A stretch of 64,000 nt of DNA. Source: a virus. Taxonomy: Duplodnaviria > Caudoviricetes. The stretch is taken from positions 34,185 through 98,184 of IMG/VR virus record IMGVR_UViG_3300013382_000001; one strand, written 5' to 3'. The position numbers and the translations under genes were made by a program. Below the pieces are notes generated by a model, which searched no databases, was not told where the DNA came from, and worked only from the letters and a program-made list of their open reading frames with translations. Positions 28,974-39,351 of this stretch are shown in pieces (the first letter of the stretch is position 1; each line of letters begins with the position of its first letter).

Positions 28974-31900
28974 TTATTCTTCCTCCACATCTACATAAGC
29001 ACTAAGTATATATTCAAACTCCCCACTTAGCACCCATTTGTCATTAACTTTTTTTCTTTTTTCCTTCGGCTTAAACACGCACTTCATAATACCGCCCATC
29101 ACATATTTGCCGATATTATCTTTTGGTAACGGATGCTCTTCAAAGTATTTCTTATCCATCTTACATTCAATCACACCACCATCATAGAGCCGATAAAGTT
29201 TAACAAATGGTGTGCCATACTTATTGACTTCGACCCCTTGTAGCGCAAAATAATTCATCGGTGCGCTAAGTGTAGTGAGCATTGTATATCCCATAATCTC
29301 GATTTGGTTTTGGATAAGGGCATATTCACTATCTGGTGGAATGGCATGTTGAGCGAATATCTTGCGACAAAGTGCAAGGTTGTCAAGCTGCGAATATTGT
29401 TTTGCGGTTTCTTTATCGAAACAACCTTCAACATCAAAGTCGCATGGCTTCTTGAGCGTCTTCTTTGTACCATAGGTGTTGTAGATTTCCTTAGCTATGG
29501 TGAGCTGGTTAATTGTGCCAAATTGGGCAAAGTAGCCGATACGGATAAGTTTGTCAAGTTGTGTTTTGTTAATGCTTAAAGATTTAGCATTAGTCAAGAT
29601 ATCAAAGAAATCTTGCGGTTGTTCATTTTGTGCATACTCGTATAAGTTGTCACCAATTTGAATATTCATGTCTTTAATTGAGCCAATGCCTTTATAAATT
29701 GAATTTTCGCTTTTATCCATCCAAAAGTCGCCTTTTGATTTACCAAATACAGGAGGTAAAATCTTGAATCCTTGTTTAATTGCATAATTTGTAATCGCTT
29801 GGCTTTTAAGTTTGTCTGTTTGGTAAATATTAAAAGCAACAGTCAAGAACTCCAATGGATGATAATATCTTAACCATCCAACCGCATATCCAATCATCGA
29901 GTATGGCAAAGCATGGTTTTCTGAAAATAGATACGAGCTTGCGTCTTCAATAACTTGTATAAAGTTTACAATAAGTCGTTCGGATTCTTCTTTGCTAACG
30001 CCATACTTTTCAAGCATCGTTTTTATGAAACCTTCTTTGATTTGTGGAATAAACTTGTCAGTGCCGGTCTTCTTCGCGAAGCCACGTCTGACTACGTCTG
30101 CCATACCCATTGTATATCCACAAAATTGATGTAGAAAGTTGATAATTTGCTCTTGGTATACTAAGTACCCAAGTGTAGGTGCAAGCAATTTATTCAATGC
30201 TTCATGTCCATTATCTCTATATATTCCTTGTGCCAACTCGTCACGATAACTTGCTCCTGCGGGTCGAATTGCACCATTACCTACCGACATAAGGTCAAGG
30301 TATGAAAAGTTTGAGTTAAGTTTTTTAATCTTTTCAACTGTTTCATCAGAAAAGAGCTGTTTTAAGTACGCTTGTGATGAATCACTCTCCCACTGGAATA
30401 TACAAGTTGTATCTTCTCTAATACTATCCCATACTTTTTTATCATTAAAGTCAATGTTTTCTGGTAACAGTCTATCAATACCAAGCAAATCACATGTTTG
30501 ATTGATTAAACCCACCGCATCCAATCCCAAACAATCCAGCTTAACATAGTTTAACGAATCAATCTCTTTCATATTAAGCTGCGATACTGGTCGACTATTA
30601 TTAGCTACCGAACACAACCCCACACTGTCATCGAGTGGTATTGGCGATACAATACAAGCACTTGGGTGAGTACCGATTGATACGATTGTTCCTTGAATAA
30701 GATCTACATAACGGAAGATTTCTGGATATTGCTGGCGATATTTTTCTTCATTGATCTCAATGTTATTGGTGATTTCGTTGGCTTCTTGTGGTGTCATATC
30801 AAAAGCTCTAGCCACATCTTTGAACGCACCTTTGAGGGCTACGGTATTAAAGGTAATGATTTCTGAACAATACAACCCTTGTTTTGCATAAAGCAAATCT
30901 CGAACCTTATCTCTATCAGTGTCAAACCAATCAGTATCAATATCAGCAAGCGAAACTCTTTCCACATTCATAAAACGATCGAAGTTAAGATGCCATTCAA
31001 TCGGATCTACGTGTGTAATGCCAAGTAAATAACATATCAACGATCCAGAACACGACCCCCTTGAATAACCATACCCAACACCTTGTTTGCGTAATTCACC
31101 CTTATACATTTCTTCAAGCAAGAAAAAGTTTTGAGATTTGTTATGTCGAATAGCTTTTAATTCGTATTCGATCTCGTCTTTATACTTTTGTGGGTTCGGC
31201 TTAGAGTCTATGCCTCTCCACTTCCACCCTTCAGCAATCTTTTCAAGTAACACTTTATCTGAATCTTCGTACAACTTAGGATACTTAAAGCCTCTATCAA
31301 GCTCAAACGATTCAACCATATTTGCTACTTTATTCGTATTTTCTAAGGCTTGCAACACAACTTCTCGTGGTATGACACCTTGTTCCTCAAACATCTTTAC
31401 AAGTTCATCATAAGTACGCCATACCATATCGAACTCACCTTCGTTATCAAAGAACACCTTTTTTGAGCGTTGTAATAACAATCTAGCGTCCGCATGTTCT
31501 TCGTTAAGTGCATGGGTGTCTGTGCCTACAAGCAGTTGTAAGTTATACTTTTGCGACAAATCATAAAGTAATTTGTTATACTCTGTTTGTCTTGGACTTG
31601 GATGTTGTGCAATCTCTAAGAAACAGCGTTCTCGATTTGTTATATAAAACTGTAATAATGCAAATTTCAATTCTGGGTCATTCGATGCAAAGATGCCCCC
31701 TAAACACCCAGACGAAACAATAACATTGTCACTTGTGTTTGTAAGTTCTGCAAACGTGATTCTTGGAGCGAAGTAATAATGCCCGTCGGTTCGATTAAAC
31801 GATATACTTGAGAGTTTATTAAGCTCTTTTACACCATCATAGTTTTTAGCAATAAGCAAACAATGGTAGTTGTCTCTAACTTTTTCTTCGAGTGACTTAG

Positions 31901-32138
31901 TGATATAAAATTCAGCTGCGTGTATATATTTTAATCCTGCTTTTTCGCATGCTTCTTTTTTGTGGAGCCATTCAAAGAACGATCCGTGTTCGCTGAATGC
32001 CAATGCTGTCATACCACACTCTTTGGCTTTGTCGATATAATTGGTGTATTTAGTAACAGAATCAATATTAGTTACTCCATTTGACAACATTGTATGACAA
32101 TGTAATACTGTATAATTTTTACTGCAACCAATCATCAT
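28974..32138 (-). CDS. dnaE: DNA polymerase III alpha subunit
   Basis: PHP domain HCHT, SEHG, DTH; RGS..GSLICYLLGIT; ADIDTD; KLDCLGL; FQWES; YQEQ; Y.FSENHA. Confidence 0.93.
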   Translation of the reverse strand: MMIGCSKNYTVLHCHTMLSNGVTNIDSVTKYTNYIDKAKECGMTALAFSEHGSFFEWLHKKEACEKAGLKYIHAAEFYITKSLEEKVRDNYHCLLIAKNYDGVKELNKLSSISFNRTDGHYYFAPRITFAELTNTSDNVIVSSGCLGGIFASNDPELKFALLQFYITNRERCFLEIAQHPSPRQTEYNKLLYDLSQKYNLQLLVGTDTHALNEEHADARLLLQRSKKVFFDNEGEFDMVWRTYDELVKMFEEQGVIPREVVLQALENTNKVANMVESFELDRGFKYPKLYEDSDKVLLEKIAEGWKWRGIDSKPNPQKYKDEIEYELKAIRHNKSQNFFLLEEMYKGELRKQGVGYGYSRGSCSGSLICYLLGITHVDPIEWHLNFDRFMNVERVSLADIDTDWFDTDRDKVRDLLYAKQGLYCSEIITFNTVALKGAFKDVARAFDMTPQEANEITNNIEINEEKYRQQYPEIFRYVDLIQGTIVSIGTHPSACIVSPIPLDDSVGLCSVANNSRPVSQLNMKEIDSLNYVKLDCLGLDAVGLINQTCDLLGIDRLLPENIDFNDKKVWDSIREDTTCIFQWESDSSQAYLKQLFSDETVEKIKKLNSNFSYLDLMSVGNGAIRPAGASYRDELAQGIYRDNGHEALNKLLAPTLGYLVYQEQIINFLHQFCGYTMGMADVVRRGFAKKTGTDKFIPQIKEGFIKTMLEKYGVSKEESERLIVNFIQVIEDASSYLFSENHALPYSMIGYAVGWLRYYHPLEFLTVAFNIYQTDKLKSQAITNYAIKQGFKILPPVFGKSKGDFWMDKSENSIYKGIGSIKDMNIQIGDNLYEYAQNEQPQDFFDILTNAKSLSINKTQLDKLIRIGYFAQFGTINQLTIAKEIYNTYGTKKTLKKPCDFDVEGCFDKETAKQYSQLDNLALCRKIFAQHAIPPDSEYALIQNQIEIMGYTMLTTLSAPMNYFALQGVEVNKYGTPFVKLYRLYDGGVIECKMDKKYFEEHPLPKDNIGKYVMGGIMKCVFKPKEKRKKVNDKWVLSGEFEYILSAYVDVEEE

Positions 32139-32487
32139 ACCATTCTACCTCAACCAATCCTTGATTTAATAAACTCTCTACATATACAAGTGTGTAAATT
32201 CGTTGCTTTTCGTGCCAAAATACATTATTTTTTTGAATAACATAAGCATTAAACAAATTATTTATAATAGCATCAATATCACGATTACTTAATGTTGAAT
32301 GATACTGAATAATACTTCTTAAAATGTCAACAATATCTTCCTCGGTTTCTGTCCATTCGCACACGACAAATTCTTCGTCTTTTGGAATTACTTGACCGCA
32401 TCTATAATGTGACATACAAGCCAGCTTACTCGTATTAACAAAATCACGGTTTACCTTAACAACGATTCTGGCGTTACGCTTTCCCAC
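32119..32487 (-). CDS. Hypothetical protein
   Basis: ORF in operon context with GGAGG RBS. Confidence 0.5.
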   Translation of the reverse strand: MGKRNARIVVKVNRDFVNTSKLACMSHYRCGQVIPKDEEFVVCEWTETEEDIVDILRSIIQYHSTLSNRDIDAIINNLFNAYVIQKNNVFWHEKQRIYTLVYVESLLNQGLVEVEWYDDWLQ

Positions 32488-32711
32488 GATTCTCCCTCCT
32501 CAAGCTCTAAATAATAGAAACAACTGTAATCTCCCACATCAAACTTTATTCTACCGTCTTCTACCCAATATCGAATATAATAAGATGTAAAATGAGGATA
32601 ATGTTGTTTTATATCTTTTTTAATAGCCCTAAAAATTTCTTTCTCGTCATTAAAGCTCAACCCACTCTTTACATCTCGCCAACCTTTCGACCCTTTAAAT
32701 CTTAATCGCAT
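32451..32711 (-). CDS. Hypothetical protein
   Basis: SYYIRYW....KFDVGD motif seen in phage small proteins. Confidence 0.55.
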   Translation of the reverse strand: MRLRFKGSKGWRDVKSGLSFNDEKEIFRAIKKDIKQHYPHFTSYYIRYWVEDGRIKFDVGDYSCFYYLELEEGESWESVTPESLLR

Positions 32712-32977
32712 ACTTCCTCCATAAAATAGATACTATTTTGTGTAGTAATTATTTTTTCGTGAATATTTTTATTAGTATATTCTTCACAAGATACAATTTT
32801 ACTTGTTACAAACCCCGTATAACCATCATCATTTGCAACAAATATCATACACGAAGCATTTTCACTTATGGTACAAAATTGTAAATATCCTATTTTACCC
32901 ATACAATTAACGCTACTTTTATCAGTTTTTAATTCACCTGTCAATGTGCGAATAGATGCAATTTTATATTTTGTCAT
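32702..32977 (-). CDS. Hypothetical protein
   Basis: TS.I...T.NSIY motif; RBS. Confidence 0.55.
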   Translation of the reverse strand: MTKYKIASIRTLTGELKTDKSSVNCMGKIGYLQFCTISENASCMIFVANDDGYTGFVTSKIVSCEEYTNKNIHEKIITTQNSIYFMEEVCD

Positions 32978-32986
32978 TTCTTCCTC

Positions 32987-33268
32987 CTATAAATTAAAAT
33001 TTTCGTTTTTTACAAATTTTGTCTCTTTTTCCGCTTCCATCTTAGCTTTTTCTTCTGCTTGCTTTTTCCTGATTTCTTGTTGAGTAGCCTTCACATTGTC
33101 AACATCTATGAATGCTTTGCATATCATTACCAGAAACCAAAATACCATTGTTGCGATTATTACCCATCCATATTCCATTTGACTGATTAAGGCATAATCT
33201 AAAAATAATGGAGGTAAAACTAATAAACAAAAATAGCCAATAAACATTTTAATCCTCCTTGTAGTCAT
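32987..33268 (-). CDS. Small membrane protein
   Basis: Two hydrophobic helices. Confidence 0.5.
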   Translation of the reverse strand: MTTRRIKMFIGYFCLLVLPPLFLDYALISQMEYGWVIIATMVFWFLVMICKAFIDVDNVKATQQEIRKKQAEEKAKMEAEKETKFVKNENFNL

Positions 33269-33473
33269 TATATATATAAAAATAATGGTCGCCTTTCACT
33301 TCGGTTTCTTGTGAAATTTTGTCAAATATATGCTCTTGACCACAAAGTACGAGTAAAGCACATACACTCATTAATAAGCTAAAAATCCACCATACATTTT
33401 CTTCTCCAAACACAAAGTAAAATATTGGAAAAATCCATATACAACCGATTAAACCTCCAAATATTTTAGCCAT
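33249..33473 (-). CDS. Small membrane protein
   Basis: Two hydrophobic helices; RBS. Confidence 0.5.
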   Translation of the reverse strand: MAKIFGGLIGCIWIFPIFYFVFGEENVWWIFSLLMSVCALLVLCGQEHIFDKISQETEVKGDHYFYIYNDYKED

Positions 33474-33512
33474 TTTATTTACCTCTCTTTCTTGGTTGTT
33501 TTTGTTATAAGT

Positions 33513-33541
33513 ATATTAACACATCATTCCCCATATGTCAA
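33513..33541 (-). promoter_or_regulatory. SigA-type promoter
   Basis: TTGACA-17 nt-TAATAT, immediately after a hairpin (ataggg...ccctat, 33541-33568). Confidence 0.6.
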
Positions 33542-33656
33542 TAGGGAAGTTACAAAAAACTCCCCTATTTTTTTATATATCATCTGGATATACATATAAA
33601 GTTATTAAGGCTATAATTATCCCACAAGCAAATCCAATGCCGAACATATGAACCTC

Positions 33657-35057
33657 CTATGAAAAATAGGCTTTTGTATCACTTTGAGTGCAAATTACTC
33701 TTGAGGTACGATTATTTTTTTCGAGTTTGACTTTTAGGTCTTTAGCAAACTTAATCTTACCCTCTTGCTCACCATGTACAAGATAAAGCTTGTTATAATT
33801 AATTGCGGTATAATATTTAAGTAATTCATTATAGTCACAATGAGAACTTAATGAAGTCCAAACTTTAGGTAAAGCTAAATATTGAATCTTTTTACCATCA
33901 ATTTTCACCTCTTTAAACCTACCTTGTCTAAGCTGTCCTGCAATAGAGTTTGGTGTAGCATATCCTGTAAAAATAATTGCATTATGAGCATTACCCATAC
34001 ACTCTTTACACCAAAACCTTGCACGACCTCCACTAAGCATACCGCCACCTGCAATTACAATCATTGGCTCTTGGATTTTGCTGAAATGAATACTGTCCTT
34101 AAAATCTGTGATAAAATATACATCTTCCCAATTTTTTATTTTTTTCCAAAGCTCAAAGTCTTTTTTAATTAATTTATCCCATATTTGATTAATAGAAATA
34201 CCTAATGGGGTATCAACTAAAATCTTGACAGGAGCACGACCATCAAAATGTTCATATAACATAGCCAAAACATCTTGTAATCGATTAAGTGAAAAGGTTG
34301 GTAAGATAATCTTAGATTTTTTCTCAATAATAAAGCTTAAGGAGCTATCTAATTTATCTAAGTCCTTTTGTCTGCTTGTTGAATAATATTCTCTACTTGA
34401 GTTAGCATAAGTACACTCGCCCACTACCATATCACATCGTGGCAGCATATCTAAATCATCGAGCCAATAACGAGATTTATAGTTGCTAATATCACCAGTA
34501 AATCCAATTCGATACATACGAACTTTGTCATAATATTCCATGAACACTTGTCTTGCACCCACAATATGCTGGGCGTTGATATAGGTAAAATTAACATTAT
34601 CATTGAGCCTAATTCTATCATATAGCTCACATTCAACAATGTGCTTCAAAGCCACACCTGCATCATCCTGTGTGTATAATGGTGTCCAACCAAATCGTTC
34701 TTGTTCTTGATTGAATATTTTTACACTATCCTGCCACATAAGAGTCAATAAACCTTTTGTTCCCATCGGTATATAGGTCGGACAATCTGCACCTTCGGCA
34801 TAAAGCTTGGGAATTAACCCACAATGGTCAATGTGACAATGAGTCAGAATAATTCCGTCAAGTTTTTTAGGTTTAATAGACTTATGTCGTTTCATATTAA
34901 AAGCGTGATCTTCTTCGTCTTTGCCTGTCTGCCTCATACCATAGTCAATAAGAAAATGATACTGTAAGAATCGAACCAAGTTTGCAGACCCCGTAACTTC
35001 TGTAGCATTATAACCACAAAACTCAATATATCCATTTTTTAGGACTTTTGTATCCAT
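33657..35057 (-). CDS. Metallo-beta-lactamase / beta-CASP nuclease
   Basis: EVTGS, THCHIDH, HIVGA, FTGDI, ECTY, GMLSGG, SSHCD, LVHGE. Confidence 0.88.
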   Translation of the reverse strand: MDTKVLKNGYIEFCGYNATEVTGSANLVRFLQYHFLIDYGMRQTGKDEEDHAFNMKRHKSIKPKKLDGIILTHCHIDHCGLIPKLYAEGADCPTYIPMGTKGLLTLMWQDSVKIFNQEQERFGWTPLYTQDDAGVALKHIVECELYDRIRLNDNVNFTYINAQHIVGARQVFMEYYDKVRMYRIGFTGDISNYKSRYWLDDLDMLPRCDMVVGECTYANSSREYYSTSRQKDLDKLDSSLSFIIEKKSKIILPTFSLNRLQDVLAMLYEHFDGRAPVKILVDTPLGISINQIWDKLIKKDFELWKKIKNWEDVYFITDFKDSIHFSKIQEPMIVIAGGGMLSGGRARFWCKECMGNAHNAIIFTGYATPNSIAGQLRQGRFKEVKIDGKKIQYLALPKVWTSLSSHCDYNELLKYYTAINYNKLYLVHGEQEGKIKFAKDLKVKLEKNNRTSRVICTQSDTKAYFS

Positions 35058-35067
35058 AAAAATTCTC

Positions 35068-35358
35068 CTATTTGTTTTCTGTTAAAATATCCCATAGTTT
35101 TTCAAGTGTTAATTCATCGTCGGCTTCACCAAAATCTTTTGACCAACAAAAATATGGGAGCAAATTATCTTTGTCATTAAGCAAATCTGCTAACATTAAC
35201 AACATATCGGTTGATAAATCACGAAATTGTCTGCCATCGAGCGACACGCCATATTCAGATAACCCTTGTGTTGTCCTCCACATTGCTTCAATATTGCCCA
35301 TAATGCGTGAAAATTCACTAAATCCAAGCTCTTTTGATGTATTTATATATTCTTTCAT
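35068..35358 (-). CDS. Hypothetical protein (paralogue of next gene's N-terminus)
   Basis: LL..L.NDK......CW..DFG...LWD shared. Confidence 0.6.
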   Translation of the reverse strand: MKEYINTSKELGFSEFSRIMGNIEAMWRTTQGLSEYGVSLDGRQFRDLSTDMLLMLADLLNDKDNLLPYFCWSKDFGEADDELTLEKLWDILTENK

Positions 35359-35360
35359 GA

Positions 35361-35867
35361 TTACTCCTTTACTTCATTATATAGTGTAAAAATATAATCT
35401 TCTTCGTTTTTATTGATAGAAATATATCTACCACTTACATAAATTGTTATGAGGCTATCCGTCATCTCTTCGACACTATAGATATTACCTGTTTTTAATA
35501 CGGTATCTTGGTCGATAAGAAAATTTTTCAACATAACAATTTTCTTTTGATTAGCGTCTTGTTTAATTAAATCCCATAACTTCTTTGTTGAATCTATTTT
35601 ATACTTCTTGCCATTTACCTCAACAATATTCAGCCCATCCTTATCTTTTCTACCAAAATCAACTTCCCAACAGTACCAACTAATCCATCCTTCTTTATCG
35701 TTTATCAATAAGGCTAACAATTTAACGATTTCATCTGCGATATCTGAAGCTGCGGTATAACAAATATCAATACCATATTCTGACATGGTATCTTCAAAAT
35801 CAGAAAATTCTTTTATTTTTTCGATAATTCCATCAAATTTTTTAAATGTTACCATATATCTTCCCAC
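35361..35867 (-). CDS. Hypothetical protein
   Basis: Shares NDK..WI.WYCWE.DFG motif with 35068-35358. Confidence 0.6.
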   Translation of the reverse strand: MGRYMVTFKKFDGIIEKIKEFSDFEDTMSEYGIDICYTAASDIADEIVKLLALLINDKEGWISWYCWEVDFGRKDKDGLNIVEVNGKKYKIDSTKKLWDLIKQDANQKKIVMLKNFLIDQDTVLKTGNIYSVEEMTDSLITIYVSGRYISINKNEEDYIFTLYNEVKE

Positions 35868-37534
35868 CTCTCTTCTACAATTTCAAATTTATCTATTTTA
35901 ACTTGAAGCTTTTCTTTGCCATTATAGCGATTAACCCCAAGAGAGCCAAGTAAATCTATGATTAACGGCTTTTTAGAGCCGATTGATAGTAATTCCTTAT
36001 CTCGATTAGAGGCAAAGAATTTTACATATTCCACATCCTTATAAACAAATTTAAGTGTAGTGCCATTGCCAAGAGGCTTAATATCAGAACTGCCGATTCT
36101 GATTCGTGGAATATAAAATTTTGGCGACTCGACCCCTGTTCCCCAACAACGAGCATATTCTTCCGTAATCCTAAACAACCATGTTGGAATATGGGATGGA
36201 TCAAGAGTAGATGCTACGGTAATTTCTTGGCTGTAATTAAGTTCAAGGGACTCCAAGTAATCAACTAATACCTTAGTATCACTTTTCTTCCAACATACAC
36301 CAAATGCATGTTCATGACCTTGAGCAAATACAATGTGTGGCGACGCTGCTATTTGTTCACGAATTGGAATAGGACTACGGCATGAACCTGTGCACAAGTC
36401 TCCATCTGTATGAACAAGTAGCACTGGCTTATTGTAATATTCCATAAGCTTATTAGCGATTAATCCTGTGTATGGAGTATTGTCACAGAAAATAATAACG
36501 ACTTTCCCGTAGTTATTTCCCGAGTTTGGCTCAAATATGAGCTTTTCATACATTTTCTTACAGGTTTCTCGTTGATAACGGTAACATCGTTCAATAGCCT
36601 TAATTACATTATCATAGTCGTCACGTATCTCACAAAATGCTTCAAATACCATTGCTTTAGTTTCTTGATCTTCGGAACGGCACACAGCATTAAGTTTTGG
36701 TGCAATATTCCATGCAATATCTTCAGGTGTAATACCATTAGTCTTTTTACAATATTTTTCGCACAAAACTCGTAAGAACGGGTTTGCTACATCTTTCCAT
36801 AAACCCCATTTATTGAACACAATGTTCTCTAAATTACGCATATCCATGACATCAGCTATATTGGCAAGGGCTACAAGGTCAAGATAGTAAGAATACTCAA
36901 TATCATCGAAACTCATACACAATGCTTGCCAAAACTTGAACACAACACCTGTCCCACATAAATCTTTATTGGTTCTATTTTCGAGTTGGTTATTAACAAT
37001 GATAAAGCCCGGAGACCTTTGCAAAATATCTAGCCATAACAAATACCCCTTATTCACTTCATGATGGTCAAGTATAACAACATTGATTTTAATATCAAGA
37101 AGAAAACTTATTTGTTTCAAATCGTTACTTCCTGCATCCGGAACAATCACCATAGATATATCATTTCGTGCAACGATTTGTTGCATAATTTCATCTGTTA
37201 AGCCATGGGTTTTATCAGAGTGATATAGGAACACAACATCTTCTGGCTGAAACCCAAACCTTTTTAGAATAAAGAAAGTCATGGTTGCAGAACATATTCC
37301 GTCAACATCACAATCTTGCACAATAGCTATCTTGGATTGAGTTTCCATTACTTTGTTTAAATACTCTTCAAACAACTTAACCTTTCTCCCGATGGCACTA
37401 TATTCTTCTACATTCCCAATATATCTACCAATCGGTTGCTTAAACTCCTCAACATCTTTAATCCCACAAGACAGAAAATAATCGTCAACAAATGTATCTT
37501 TATTCAGTTGTGGCACTAACTGCTTTACTTTCAT
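35849..37534 (-). CDS. recJ: RecJ-like DHH single-stranded DNA exonuclease
   Basis: DCDVDG, PDAGS, LDHH, LCGTGVVFK, ADVM, PKLNA..R, GSCR, GHEHAFG. Confidence 0.88.
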   Translation of the reverse strand: MKVKQLVPQLNKDTFVDDYFLSCGIKDVEEFKQPIGRYIGNVEEYSAIGRKVKLFEEYLNKVMETQSKIAIVQDCDVDGICSATMTFFILKRFGFQPEDVVFLYHSDKTHGLTDEIMQQIVARNDISMVIVPDAGSNDLKQISFLLDIKINVVILDHHEVNKGYLLWLDILQRSPGFIIVNNQLENRTNKDLCGTGVVFKFWQALCMSFDDIEYSYYLDLVALANIADVMDMRNLENIVFNKWGLWKDVANPFLRVLCEKYCKKTNGITPEDIAWNIAPKLNAVCRSEDQETKAMVFEAFCEIRDDYDNVIKAIERCYRYQRETCKKMYEKLIFEPNSGNNYGKVVIIFCDNTPYTGLIANKLMEYYNKPVLLVHTDGDLCTGSCRSPIPIREQIAASPHIVFAQGHEHAFGVCWKKSDTKVLVDYLESLELNYSQEITVASTLDPSHIPTWLFRITEEYARCWGTGVESPKFYIPRIRIGSSDIKPLGNGTTLKFVYKDVEYVKFFASNRDKELLSIGSKKPLIIDLLGSLGVNRYNGKEKLQVKIDKFEIVEERWEDIW

Positions 37535-38210
37535 GTCCTCTCCCTTCCATCACTTCTTTGTACCATTCGTCAAATTCCCTTACATTTCCATCGTTAAACA
37601 ATCCATCAAGAATCCGCACTCTATAAGTATGGCATGACTCCATAAACTCGTCAATTTCTTTCTTTACATCTTTACCACTAAGCTCTTCAATCAGTCTATC
37701 GACAAAGAACAACCTTTCTTTACATTCTCTGCGTTTCTGTAATACGCCAACCTCGAACTTGTACATTCGACAAATGTTCACCGCTGACATTTTAGGATGT
37801 TGCTCCTTGTAATGGTACAAATCTACCATAGCACGAGAAAGAATAACAAGTTGATTATTGAGTAAAACTTTTTCGTTTTCAAGGTTTTTAAGCATACTTT
37901 GATGATTGATTGCAGTATCCACTACATCGAATCCAAGCTCTCTCTCCCAATCACATTCCATTAAACGAGTATCTGTTCTTTTTTCAATTGTATCAATCGC
38001 AGTTCGCAAGTTTTCTTTAGGGCAATCCCCAACGAATTCAATTATTTTATAATCGCTAATGGGTTTTACAAGACAATTATTGATTACATTTTGCGCCTTT
38101 TGCTCCTCGTAACGATTAGCTTTAGACTTACTTGTAGTCCATGTGAATTTACCATTCTGGTCGAGTGTAATAAATTTTGTTTCGTCTAAATTTGATTTAA
38201 TAAACATCAT
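37500..38210 (-). CDS. Hypothetical coiled-coil protein
   Basis: DLYHY.E...RR..KE pattern; own promoter upstream. Confidence 0.6.
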   Translation of the reverse strand: MMFIKSNLDETKFITLDQNGKFTWTTSKSKANRYEEQKAQNVINNCLVKPISDYKIIEFVGDCPKENLRTAIDTIEKRTDTRLMECDWERELGFDVVDTAINHQSMLKNLENEKVLLNNQLVILSRAMVDLYHYKEQHPKMSAVNICRMYKFEVGVLQKRRECKERLFFVDRLIEELSGKDVKKEIDEFMESCHTYRVRILDGLFNDGNVREFDEWYKEVMEGRGHESKAVSATTE

Positions 38211-38233
38211 AAAAATCTCCTTTCTACGTGTTT

Positions 38234-38262
38234 ATTATATCAAATTCGATAAACGATGTCAA
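38234..38262 (-). promoter_or_regulatory. SigA-type promoter (consensus)
   Basis: TTGACA-17 nt-TATAAT with TG extension. Confidence 0.85.
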
Positions 38263-38265
38263 GAA

Positions 38266-39351
38266 TTATTTATAATTTACACCAATAAAATCTAATACGT
38301 GACCGATGCCAAGTCCATCTTTGCTTGGCTGCCATACACCATCTTCGTTATATTCGCCACCGTTAATACAATAATCGTACAATTTTGGGTGGGTTTCTTT
38401 TAATCCCTGAAACCTGTTTGGCTCTTTTTCAAGATGGCAACCAAACATACAAAAGACACACCCTGTTCTATTACGCCCTGTTGTATAATATGAATTGTTT
38501 TCGTCTGATTGAATATCTCCATATACGGAACAAATTTCTATATTATTTTCTTTGATATATTGTAATATATCTTGTTCTGTCCAAAACGACAATGGAGCAG
38601 ATTTTTTTGTTGTATTAAACGCATTACATCCTGTTCGCATCCATGCTTGTCTTCGTTGAAAAGATTCATCTGCCATGGTTCCAACCATAGGTTTTCTTTT
38701 TGTTTGAGTATCATAGTGATGAGCAGGTGCTTTTTTCATATTATAACAACATCTATTACTAATCAAAAAATCCGCATCTAAAAGATATTTATACTTACTA
38801 CAGTCAAATACTGATTTATTTTTCTGATCTGTCGGGAGTTTTCGTTTTCTATCGTTTGTCTCAATTCCTAATACTTTGCGCAAACACCCATAATCAAATA
38901 CATAATCGTTTAATTGTTCTTTTTGTGTAATTGGAGCCAATGCTCTTTTTCTTTCGCACTCTGTCAAAGAGTTAAGATATTTCTTAGCATATTCAATTTT
39001 TAATGCAACATCTTTTGATATAACTGGATAACCAACATCTGTTAAAATCTCTTTAAAACTTTTTTTTGGTCTAAGAATTTCCGTTGCATATCGTTTAGCG
39101 AATTCTTTAATCTCTGGAAATTCTAGCCCGGTATCAATAAACACAATAGGAACATCTTTTAATCCACATTGATTCCTTACTAAATCCATCAGCACTGTAC
39201 TGTCTTTTCCACCACTAAAACTTACATATACATCTCCTTCCCAATAATCATACCATTCTTGGATACGCCTACAAGACATTCTGATTTTGATGTCAAGTGG
39301 TAAACTCTGCATCTGTTTTAATTCATTTGCTGTGTGTCTTAGCTCTGCCAT
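38266..39351 (-). CDS. PAPS reductase family (PP-loop) protein
   Basis: SFSGGKDS, DTGLEFPE, CC..MKK.P, RTGCVFC; GGAGG RBS before MAEL at 39351. Confidence 0.82.
   Translation of the reverse strand: MAELRHTANELKQMQSLPLDIKIRMSCRRIQEWYDYWEGDVYVSFSGGKDSTVLMDLVRNQCGLKDVPIVFIDTGLEFPEIKEFAKRYATEILRPKKSFKEILTDVGYPVISKDVALKIEYAKKYLNSLTECERKRALAPITQKEQLNDYVFDYGCLRKVLGIETNDRKRKLPTDQKNKSVFDCSKYKYLLDADFLISNRCCYNMKKAPAHHYDTQTKRKPMVGTMADESFQRRQAWMRTGCNAFNTTKKSAPLSFWTEQDILQYIKENNIEICSVYGDIQSDENNSYYTTGRNRTGCVFCMFGCHLEKEPNRFQGLKETHPKLYDYCINGGEYNEDGVWQPSKDGLGIGHVLDFIGVNYK

Noticed and set aside
38940-38965. Degenerate GA tract (TECERKRA) in the PAPS-reductase-like gene
   Set aside because: Purine-rich but interrupted, so it is not a slippage-competent repeat as it stands.
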